Origin: Candidatus Hermodarchaeota archaeon
Lineage (GTDB): Archaea; Asgardarchaeota; Lokiarchaeia; Sigyniarchaeales; SOKP01
Direction: 5' to 3'
Length of the DNA stretch: 12,366 nt
NCBI GenBank assembly: GCA_048885925.1
Contig: JBHLLG010000082.1
Coordinates: 1 to 12,366 of the forward strand
Of the stretch, positions 1-7,353 are shown piece after piece. The notes beneath the pieces were generated by a model. That model saw only the letters and a program-made list of their open reading frames with translations. It had not been told where the DNA came from and searched no databases. The position numbers and the translations under genes are program-made. Positions within the stretch are counted from its first letter, which is position 1. Each line of letters opens with the position of its first letter.

Positions 1-371
1 AAAGCAATTCCTATATAAAAAACTCCAGTAATAACTCCAAAAAAAGAGCCACCCATACTAATCTTTTTTGAAGTTCTTGAATTTTTAAAGAACCTCCTAA
101 AAGCAATATAAAAAGGAATTTGAAACAATCCCCAAAAAGAGAGTGCAATTATAAAAATGACAGCAGAAATCGTATTTTCATTACCAGAATGGGCTGAGAT
201 TCGTCCCAAATCACTAAAAAAATTATACCAGAATAAATAACTAGAAGTAGAGGAATCTACATATGTTCCTCCCTTATAAAAAATCATAGCAATTAGAGTT
301 AAAACAATGAATTGGAGAGATCCAATAATCATTAAAATGAAAGCCCAATATTCCCAATTATTTTTATTCAT
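1..371 (-). CDS. DUF998-like multi-pass membrane protein, 3' end runs off the window (not in the ORF track)
   Basis: Read by hand: ATG at 371, open for 123 codons to the edge, MNKNNWEYWAFILMIIGSLQFIVLTLIAMIFYKGGTYVDSSTSSYLFWYNFFSDLGRISAHSGNENTISAVIFIIALSFWGLFQIPF...GSFFGVITGVFYIGIA. It has hydrophobic helices and a Y-x4-N-F-F-S-D-L-G motif resembling the DUF998 N-x-I-S-D-L-G signature. Confidence 0.75.
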   Translation of the reverse strand, partial: MNKNNWEYWAFILMIIGSLQFIVLTLIAMIFYKGGTYVDSSTSSYLFWYNFFSDLGRISAHSGNENTISAVIFIIALSFWGLFQIPFYIAFRRFFKNSRTSKKISMGGSFFGVITGVFYIGIA

Positions 372-393
372 CTTGTATTGACTTATAATCCAG

Positions 394-407
394 ATTTAAA
401 TTTAAAT
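394..407 (-). promoter_or_regulatory. Candidate archaeal TATA box (palindromic ATTTAAATTTAAAT) for the 371 gene
   Basis: TTTAAA core lies about 25-35 bp upstream of the ATG at 371, the spacing expected for a leaderless or short-leader archaeal transcript. The AT-rich background weakens this. Confidence 0.3.
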
Positions 408-497
408 TATCTCAGAATGATGGGTTAAAAACTACAAAATAATTTAATTTTGTAATTTGAGAATGATTTCAGAGTTTTGATATTAAAGATAGAAAAA

Positions 498-1571
498 CTA
501 ATAAAGTTTAGAATGAGATTTAATGTAAATACGATTATTAGTATCAACAATTTGTAAACTTCCCCATGAATCAAATAAAGTTTCGGTTTTTCCTAAAATT
601 AGAATTCCATTCTCAACTAATCTGTCTTCAATAATTTTTAAAAATTTAGCCCTATTTTCTCTATTAAAATAAATTAAAAGATACCTACAAAATATTATAT
701 CATATTTTTGAGGTAATTTATGCCCTTTTGTTACATCTTCTTCTACAAATTCAATTTTATTTTTAATCTCCTCTTTTATTACATTATAGTGCCCAAAATG
801 TGCTTTTTGCTTCATAAAGTATTTATTTTCATAATAATCTGAGATTTCTTTCATCGAATCATTAGTATAAATTCCAATTTTTGCTTTTTCAATTGCTTCG
901 TGAGCAATATCAGAAGCTACAATTTTAAACTTAGGAAATCTTAGAACTTGGGATTCAAGGTTATCTAAAATCATTGCTATTGAGTAAGGTTCTTCACCTG
1001 TAGCACATGGGCATGACCAGATATTTATACAATTATTATCACTTCTGGGGCGTTTCATTTTCCTATAATAAGAGAGTCGGTTTAAAAAGATAAATATATC
1101 TACATAATAGTTTGCTGGTTTTTCAGTTAAATACCTAATTTTGTGTAAATTTTTAACTGCATTAGTCTTCGAACGAAAATTTTCCAATTTTGAAGGATCT
1201 GGTCTTATATTACTTTTTATATCCTTTCTACTTACATTTAAACCTTGTATAAATAAATCTTGAAATGTTTCAAAAACACTATAATCTCTAAAAAAGAACG
1301 TGTAATTTACTGTAAATCCGTCTATAAATTTTTTTATTTCTGATTGATTTAAAGAAACATATTTGTAATATTCATCAAGGGTTTTACAATTAACTCGGAT
1401 CATTCTTGATTTTATTCTTTTCTCAATAAAAGTTCTATTGTAATACCTAAAATTTAATCCTGTCTTTTCTTTTAATAAGGTGATTAAATGGTTGTAAGAA
1501 TCTTCATCTACTTGAATTTGATCAATAATATTTTCCTTGTCAAATTCTGAATCGAAACCAACACGCTTCAA
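498..1571 (-). CDS. cheR: CheR-family protein-glutamate O-methyltransferase-like protein with a ~60 aa insertion
   Basis: N-terminal CheR helical domain (LKEKTGLNF...KRIKSRM), then TVNYTFFFRD, IWSCPCATGEEPYSIAM, IVASDI, YDIIFCRYLLIYF and GILILGKTE, matching CheR motifs in order. TTG start is uncertain. Confidence 0.88.
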   Translation of the reverse strand: MKRVGFDSEFDKENIIDQIQVDEDSYNHLITLLKEKTGLNFRYYNRTFIEKRIKSRMIRVNCKTLDEYYKYVSLNQSEIKKFIDGFTVNYTFFFRDYSVFETFQDLFIQGLNVSRKDIKSNIRPDPSKLENFRSKTNAVKNLHKIRYLTEKPANYYVDIFIFLNRLSYYRKMKRPRSDNNCINIWSCPCATGEEPYSIAMILDNLESQVLRFPKFKIVASDIAHEAIEKAKIGIYTNDSMKEISDYYENKYFMKQKAHFGHYNVIKEEIKNKIEFVEEDVTKGHKLPQKYDIIFCRYLLIYFNRENRAKFLKIIEDRLVENGILILGKTETLFDSWGSLQIVDTNNRIYIKSHSKLY

Positions 1572-1726
1572 TTTCTTATTAATAACTCTTTTAAAACAAA
1601 AAATACTAATTTTACAGTCCCATAATATATTATTTGAATTTATATCTTCTCAAATAGAAAAAGTTAAAAAAAAATAAATGAAAATACATTAAAATTGAAT
1701 AATTTCTATATTGGTTCTTAAATTTT

Positions 1727-2494
1727 TTATTTTTCTAAACTTTCTAATAACTCTCTAATTCTTTTCAATTCATTTAGCCGCAATTCGCTTTTTTCTATAT
1801 TTTTATTTTCTCTTAAATTCTTAGTTATTGTCCCAGCATCAATCGCTCTTATTTTTTCCCATATTGCTGTACGAATAAACTCCGATTGCGTCTGATGAGA
1901 AAGCTTCGCAAATCTTTTAATATCTTTATATTCTTTGCTATTTACCAAAAATTTGACTTGATAATTCTTTTTCAAAGTACTTTGAATAATCATGGGAATT
2001 GCATTCATTAGGTTTTCAATGTTATTTGTTGAAGTTAATTCTATATATCCTAAGAAACCTTCTTTTCTAACAAATTCAAAATATTTTTTCCTATCAATTT
2101 CATTCTCATTCTGAACTAAATCAAGTTTATTTCCAATTAAGAGAACGGGACAATTACTTAGTTTACCCTCATTCCACACTTTTTCAATATAATTTTGATG
2201 ATATTCAAGAGTCTTAGGTTTGGATAAATCGATTATATAAAAAATTGCTGATGCACCTTTATAATATAATGAATGAAGTGATCCAAATTTTTCTTCGTTA
2301 AAAAAATCCCAAAACTGAAGTGTATAATCCTGTCCATCGACATTTACGTGTTTTATAAAAAAATTAACGCCAATTTTGGGTACATTGTCGTGAAAAGGTT
2401 TATCCGCATATTTTTCAATTAGTGTGGTTTTACCGACTCCAGGTGCTCCTAGAACTAAAATTTTAAAAATATCTTTATATTTTACCTTACTCAT
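1727..2494 (-). CDS. Rab-like small GTPase domain (aa ~8-174) fused to a C-terminal ribbon-helix-helix domain (aa ~178-218) and a short amphipathic/coiled-coil tail
   Basis: G1 GAPGVGKT and G4 NKLD, plus RabF-like motifs IGVNF, TLQFW, KFGSL, YYKGA and YIIDLS. The C-terminal YQVKFLV-NSKEYKDIKRFAKLSH-QTQSEFIRTAIWEKI has the beta-helix-helix RHH pattern. Confidence 0.85.
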   Translation of the reverse strand: MSKVKYKDIFKILVLGAPGVGKTTLIEKYADKPFHDNVPKIGVNFFIKHVNVDGQDYTLQFWDFFNEEKFGSLHSLYYKGASAIFYIIDLSKPKTLEYHQNYIEKVWNEGKLSNCPVLLIGNKLDLVQNENEIDRKKYFEFVRKEGFLGYIELTSTNNIENLMNAIPMIIQSTLKKNYQVKFLVNSKEYKDIKRFAKLSHQTQSEFIRTAIWEKIRAIDAGTITKNLRENKNIEKSELRLNELKRIRELLESLEK

Positions 2495-2534
2495 TTTTTA
2501 ATCTACTCATTTTTTTATTTTATGATTATATAAT

Positions 2535-2552
2535 ATGTACCGATCATGTACC
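2535..2552. promoter_or_regulatory. Candidate operator 1: tandem ATGTACC repeats with 11-bp period (GTAC-N7-GTAC)
   Basis: ATGTACC at 2535-2541 and 2546-2552, just downstream (minus strand) of the TATA candidates for the GTPase-RHH gene. Confidence 0.55.
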
Positions 2553-2558
2553 TAATAT

Positions 2559-2583
2559 TATATAAAAAATGATCATATATAAA
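2559..2583 (-). promoter_or_regulatory. Two candidate archaeal TATA boxes (TTTATATA on the minus strand) for the GTPase-RHH gene
   Basis: TATATAAA on + at 2559-2566 and 2576-2583 reads TTTATATA on -, matching the archaeal TATA consensus, 65-90 bp upstream of the ATG at 2494. Confidence 0.45.
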
Positions 2584-2608
2584 TATATGTACTGAAAAAG
2601 TACATATA
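2584..2608. promoter_or_regulatory. Candidate operator 2: perfect 10-bp inverted repeat TATATGTACT-gaaaa-AGTACATATA (GTAC-N7-GTAC)
   Basis: Arms 2584-2593 and 2599-2608 are exact reverse complements. The GTAC cores at 2589 and 2600 are 11 bp apart, and the site abuts the 2576-2583 TATA box at the BRE position. Confidence 0.65.
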
Positions 2609-2638
2609 AAAAAATAATAGGAAAACACTTCTAGCCTT

Positions 2639-2659
2639 AAAAATAGAAATTTTTCTATT
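2639..2659 (-). terminator. Possible weak terminator after hypD (AATAGAAA-tt-TTTCTATT running into a T tract on the minus strand)
   Basis: 8-bp inverted repeat at 2642-2649 / 2652-2659, about 50 bp after the hypD stop. The stem is very AT-rich. Confidence 0.25.
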
Positions 2660-2708
2660 CTTCTGTACTTTAAACCAATTAATAATTGAGGATAATGTAA
2701 AAACTAAT

Positions 2709-5069
2709 TCAAATTGAACTATGTTCTGTTCTTCTTATAATTTCATCTTGTAAATTTGGACCTAAGTTTATGAAGTAATCGCTATATCCAGCAACTCTTA
2801 CAATTAAATCTCGAAATTTTTCTGGATCTCTCTGTGCAGCTCGTAGAGTATCTGCTGAGACAACATTAAATTGGATGTGATGTCCATTCATCTGAAAATA
2901 GGCTCTAATTAAATGAGCCAAGTTTGTAATACCTTCATCACTTGATAGTAAGTGTGGTGTAAATTTTTGATTTAATAATGTTCCGCCTGTTCGCAGATGA
3001 TCAATTTTTGCAGCTGATTTAATAACTGCCGTTGGACCATTGATATCCATTCCTTGAACTGGAGAAATACCTTCTGATAACGGAGTATATGCTTTCCGTC
3101 CATCTGGAGTAGCACCTGTTACTTGACCAAAATAAATATGAACTGTTGTTGGTAATAGATTAATTCGATGCACACCACCTTTAGTATTAGGACGATTATT
3201 AATTGCATTATAAACTATATCAAAAACTTTAGTAGCTAATAAATCGGCATAATCATCGTCATTCCCGTATTTTGGAGTTTTATGAATTAATTTTTGACGT
3301 ATATTTTCATACCCATCAAAATTATTATCTAAAATTTTTACTAACTCTTCCATTGATACAATTTTATTATCAAATATGTTATATTTTAAAGAAGTTAAGC
3401 AGTCTGTAATACTTCCCATACCTACAATTTGAATATATGATGTGTTATATTTCGCTCCTCCATCATTGTAATCCTTCCCATTTTTAATACAATCTTCAAT
3501 TAAAATTGATAAAAATGGAGCTGGATTTTGAGCCCAGATACGTTCTATTATTTGATTTCCTTTAATTTTAATATCTACAAAATGCTTGATTTGCTTAGAA
3601 AAAGCTTCAAAAAATTCATCAAAAGTTTTAAAATTCTTAGGATCTCCTGTTTTTAACCCAATTTGTTTTCCAGTTAACCTATCAATCCCATTATGAAGTG
3701 TGGTTTCAAGAATTTTTACTAAATTAAAATAACCAGTCAAAATATAAGCTTCTTTCCCAAATGCACCACTTTCAACACAACCACTTGCTCCACCATTGCG
3801 TGCATCTACTATAGATTTTCCTTGTCTAGATAATTCTTGAATTATAGCGTCTGTATTAAAAATTGAAGGTTGCCCAAACCCAGTTTTAACTATTTTTAAA
3901 GCCCGTTTTAAAAATTCATCAGGAGTCTTTTTACTAATTTGAACATTACTACTTGGTTGCAAAATCCGCATATCTTCAATTACATCTAAAAGCATATAAG
4001 ACATTTCATTAACGCCATCAGAATCATCTTCTTTCAAACCTCCAATATTAATATTACAAAAATCAGTGTATGTATTACTCTCTTCTGCAGTTACACCAAC
4101 TTTTGGTGGAGCTGGTTGATTATTAAATTTTATCCAAAAAGCTTGAAGTAATTCATATGCTTCTTCCTTCGTTAAAAGACCCTTCGCTAGATCGTTCTTA
4201 TAAAAAGGATATAAATGTTGATCTAAACGGCCAGGATTGAAGGAATCCCAAGTATTATACTCTGTTATAACCCCTAAATGAATGAACCAATAATGTTGAA
4301 GCGCCTCCCAAAATGTCCTCGGTGCGTATGCAGGGACATGGGAACATATTTCTGATATTTTTTCTAACTCCCTTTTTCTAACTGGTTCTAATTCAATAGC
4401 GGCTAAACGTCTAGCTTCCTGAGCATGATGATCTGCAAATTTGATAATCACATTGACACAAATATCCATTGCCATTAGCTGTTCTTTTTTACTGAAAGCA
4501 TCAGGATCATTAAAAAAATCTAAACTCGCTATACTTTCTTTTATTTCTTCTTTAAAATCTAAAAACCCCTTTTTCCATATGTTTTTTCCAGCCACCGTAT
4601 GTCCTGGTGCTCTCTGCTCCATAAATTCTGTAAAAATTCCAGCTTCATATGAATCAATCCATTCAGCATCAACTTTTGAGAAAATTTTATCACGAATAGA
4701 TCTTCCGCTCCAGAAAGGAATTATTATATCTTTAGATTTTTGTCTTGTATCTTCAGATACTTTAAAAGAAATTTTTTCACGAGTATTTAGAATGTCTAAA
4801 TCTTGTAAAGTGTGACAGCATACTTCTGGATACGTAGGAGTTGCTTTTGGTTCTGAACCACGTTCCCCAACGATTAATTCTCCTTCATTAATACAAACTT
4901 CTTTGTTTTCCATCAAATATTTAAATGCTTTTGCTCTAGCAACTGGGGGAGTAAATTTATGGGCAGCACCAGTTTTATAAAATTCTGTCAATAAAAGGGC
5001 ACGTTCTAATGAAAGATAAGGGATTGCCTGTCTACTTTTAGTTCTCAGTTTTTTAATTCTATCATTCAT
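2709..5069 (-). CDS. hypD: Glycyl radical enzyme, trans-4-hydroxy-L-proline dehydratase (HypD/t4LHypD) type
   Basis: Radical Gly motif RVAGYS (G761) and Cys loop SGCVE (C431, E433). HypD-type segments GIFTEFMEQRAPGH (H157), NTWDSF (D275), KFNNQPAPPKVG..ESNTYTDF, LTGY and LLPTT follow my recollection of the Clostridioides difficile HypD sequence closely over the full length. Confidence 0.9.
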   Translation of the reverse strand: MNDRIKKLRTKSRQAIPYLSLERALLLTEFYKTGAAHKFTPPVARAKAFKYLMENKEVCINEGELIVGERGSEPKATPTYPEVCCHTLQDLDILNTREKISFKVSEDTRQKSKDIIIPFWSGRSIRDKIFSKVDAEWIDSYEAGIFTEFMEQRAPGHTVAGKNIWKKGFLDFKEEIKESIASLDFFNDPDAFSKKEQLMAMDICVNVIIKFADHHAQEARRLAAIELEPVRKRELEKISEICSHVPAYAPRTFWEALQHYWFIHLGVITEYNTWDSFNPGRLDQHLYPFYKNDLAKGLLTKEEAYELLQAFWIKFNNQPAPPKVGVTAEESNTYTDFCNINIGGLKEDDSDGVNEMSYMLLDVIEDMRILQPSSNVQISKKTPDEFLKRALKIVKTGFGQPSIFNTDAIIQELSRQGKSIVDARNGGASGCVESGAFGKEAYILTGYFNLVKILETTLHNGIDRLTGKQIGLKTGDPKNFKTFDEFFEAFSKQIKHFVDIKIKGNQIIERIWAQNPAPFLSILIEDCIKNGKDYNDGGAKYNTSYIQIVGMGSITDCLTSLKYNIFDNKIVSMEELVKILDNNFDGYENIRQKLIHKTPKYGNDDDYADLLATKVFDIVYNAINNRPNTKGGVHRINLLPTTVHIYFGQVTGATPDGRKAYTPLSEGISPVQGMDINGPTAVIKSAAKIDHLRTGGTLLNQKFTPHLLSSDEGITNLAHLIRAYFQMNGHHIQFNVVSADTLRAAQRDPEKFRDLIVRVAGYSDYFINLGPNLQDEIIRRTEHSSI

Positions 5070-5231
5070 TTTTTTAAACCTTCTATTGACTTTAATTAGG
5101 ACTATTAATTTAAAAAACTATAACTTTATCTTAATAAATAAAATCATATTCTAAGATATATTTTATCATAAAGATTATAAAAACAAAATGAAACAATCAA
5201 GAAGATAATATAATAAATAGGGACTTATAAC

Positions 5232-6089
5232 ATGAGTATTAAAAAAAAGACTATAGAAGATTATCAAAAAGCTGGGAAAGAAATATTCAAGAAGCTACAT
5301 CTTAATAGCTTCCCAATCTCACTTAAATATATAAAAGATATTGAAAACGAAATCCCTCCAGGTGTTAGAAGACCTATAGAAGATGGAAAAAAGATGTCTA
5401 TTTGCCAGGCTTTTACTTATGCTCGGAGATTTAAGCATAAATTGTGCATAACCGCAGAGGATAATTTTTGTACGCCATCTTCTGTTGCCCACGGATGGGT
5501 TCCTCTTTCGATGGAAGAATTTGTACAGTCTCAAGTGCGCCAAAAATGGACAAAAGATGAAAAAGCAGAAAAACGAAGGGCAGAACACATGTATGCTAGC
5601 AATTTTAAGAATATAATTGATTTAGCATATCGTGGAGTAATTGTTTCTCCATTATCGGAGACTCCAGTCATTCCAGATACTATTATGATTTATTGTGATG
5701 GTCCGAAACTTACTTACATTATACATGCGTTAAACTATGAACATAAGCGTAAATACCGTATACAATCAACATTTGAAGGCTTTGGTGAAAGTTGCGGAAA
5801 GGGAGGATTAATACCATTTATTTCCCGAAAAGCCCAAATAGTCATCCCAGGCACGGGAGATCGCTCATTTGCTGGAATCCAAGATTATGAACTGGGAATT
5901 GGAATGCCTGGAGAATTTATATTTTATGTATTGGAGAATTTATTTCAAACGGGGGCTGGTCAAGGTTTAATGTTTCCACTAAGACAGATAATCCCTAAAT
6001 TGGACGAAAATTTAACCCCCGGTTTCCGTTACATGCGAGAAGTAATCGATAAAAAAATGGAAGAAATGAAAAAACTTGAGCAAAAATAA
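5232..6089 (+). CDS. DUF169 (COG2043-like) family protein
   Basis: FPISLKY, ICQAFTYARR, AEDNFC, ESC and PGTGDRSFAGIQDYEL match the DUF169 pattern, including three conserved Cys. Confidence 0.8.
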   Translation: MSIKKKTIEDYQKAGKEIFKKLHLNSFPISLKYIKDIENEIPPGVRRPIEDGKKMSICQAFTYARRFKHKLCITAEDNFCTPSSVAHGWVPLSMEEFVQSQVRQKWTKDEKAEKRRAEHMYASNFKNIIDLAYRGVIVSPLSETPVIPDTIMIYCDGPKLTYIIHALNYEHKRKYRIQSTFEGFGESCGKGGLIPFISRKAQIVIPGTGDRSFAGIQDYELGIGMPGEFIFYVLENLFQTGAGQGLMFPLRQIIPKLDENLTPGFRYMREVIDKKMEEMKKLEQK

Positions 6090-6131
6090 TATTTTTCAAT
6101 TTATAAAAAAAAATTTAAATGTGGTTTTAAT

Positions 6132-7244
6132 ATGGCAAGTATAGATTCTTATATAAAACTAATAGAACATTTCCGGGAATGGATATTTGGTTTACCAGAT
6201 GGTGATGAATTATTACCACTACTTAAATGGCGAATTACTCCTGAAGAAGCAGAATTGCTATCGAGATTGCCCTTTTTAACCCATACTCCTGCACAGCTTT
6301 CAAAAAGGTTAAATATCCCTGCTGATGAACTTAAAGAAAGATTGGAAACTTTTTCTAAGAAAGGTCTAGTTTTTCGCGTAGAAGGAAGCAGTACCATAAG
6401 GTATTCCATGGTAGACTCGAGTTGGCTTTTTCGAACTTGGGGATGGTTGGGCAAAAATGATGAAGAGGCGAAAAAAATGACCCCAATTTTAAATAAATAT
6501 TATGAAGACCATTATGGTGCTGAATATCTTGGATACCCGACGATTGGTTTACGAGCAGTTCCTATTAATGAAACTGTTGATGATCCTCGCCAAATAATGC
6601 CTTATGAAGATATCTTAAAACTAGTTGATAAAGCAAGATATTATACTAAAACTGCTTGTCCTTGCAAACATCTACACAATCAGGATGATAAATATGAAAA
6701 TTGTAAGAATGATTTGCATGTTTGCCTACATTTTGATAGGCTTGGCGAGTATATCGTACAGAATAATTTAGGTACAGAAATTACTAGGAAAGAAATATTG
6801 GAGATATTAACAAAATCTGCGGATGCGGGCATGGTTCATGGAGTTTCAAATTCTAAAGATGGAATCGACACAATCTGCAACTGCTGCAAGTGTTGTTGTA
6901 TGTACTTGAATGGTTTAATTAAGATGGAAGGAGCTCCTCGAGGACATATACCCTCAAACTATTTAAGAGAAATAAATAATGATAAGTGTATTGGGTGCGG
7001 TGTATGTGCAAAATTATGTCCTATGGATGCAATTGAAGTTGTTGATAAAAAAGTATCTTTCACTCCTGATAAATGTATAGGATGCGGTGTTTGTGTTCAT
7101 AAATGTCCCCAGAAAGCCTTATATTTAGTTCATCGAAAAGAGGATCAAGATTATCCAGCTAATCCGAGAGAATTTGCTGTTAGAATGCTTTCTGAAAGAG
7201 GTCATGATCCAATGAAAAGTATGATAAAAAATAATTGGCGTTAA
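6132..7244 (+). CDS. Cys-rich 4Fe-4S dicluster protein with an N-terminal HTH-like region and a CNCCxCCC domain
   Basis: Two CxxCxxCxxxCP motifs (DKCIGCGVCAKLCP, DKCIGCGVCVHKCP), a central CPC..C..C and ICNCCKCCC, and an N-terminal TPEEAELL...LSKRLNIPADELKERLETFSKKGLV wHTH-like pattern. It lies 42 bp after DUF169, probably in the same operon. Confidence 0.85.
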   Translation: MASIDSYIKLIEHFREWIFGLPDGDELLPLLKWRITPEEAELLSRLPFLTHTPAQLSKRLNIPADELKERLETFSKKGLVFRVEGSSTIRYSMVDSSWLFRTWGWLGKNDEEAKKMTPILNKYYEDHYGAEYLGYPTIGLRAVPINETVDDPRQIMPYEDILKLVDKARYYTKTACPCKHLHNQDDKYENCKNDLHVCLHFDRLGEYIVQNNLGTEITRKEILEILTKSADAGMVHGVSNSKDGIDTICNCCKCCCMYLNGLIKMEGAPRGHIPSNYLREINNDKCIGCGVCAKLCPMDAIEVVDKKVSFTPDKCIGCGVCVHKCPQKALYLVHRKEDQDYPANPREFAVRMLSERGHDPMKSMIKNNWR

Positions 7245-7353
7245 AATCAATATTGATTAATAGAATATAAGAAAAAGTAAGGAATTTAAATATAATCAAT
7301 TGGAAAAAATCTCCACAGTTTCTGTCAAACTAATCATCTAATTTATATATAAA

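Noticed and set aside
433-454. TACAAAAT-N6-ATTTTGTA inverted repeat after cheR
   Set aside because: Only 8 bp and AT-rich; could be a terminator or operator but cannot be separated from background.
2680-2711. Selenocysteine readthrough of the hypD TGA stop
   Set aside because: The protein already ends where HypD homologues end, the extension would be only about 10 codons, and no SECIS-like stem was seen.
4441-4815. 124 aa plus-strand ORF
   Set aside because: Antisense shadow wholly inside the well-supported hypD gene.
2709-5069. Calling the glycyl radical enzyme pyruvate formate-lyase or choline TMA-lyase
   Set aside because: It has a single Cys in GCVE rather than the PFL CC pair, and HypD-type His/Asp/Phe segments are present.
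5319-6454. Minus-strand ORFs 5319-5588 and 6149-6454
   Set aside because: Antisense to DUF169 and the Fe-S protein, with no recognisable motifs.
6981-7109. DNA-level direct repeat in the Fe-S gene
   Set aside because: Simply the two DKCIGCGVC ferredoxin motifs, an ordinary internal duplication.
7245-7258. 14-bp palindrome AATCAATATTGATT right after the Fe-S gene stop
   Set aside because: AT-rich single instance between convergent genes; at best a weak terminator element.
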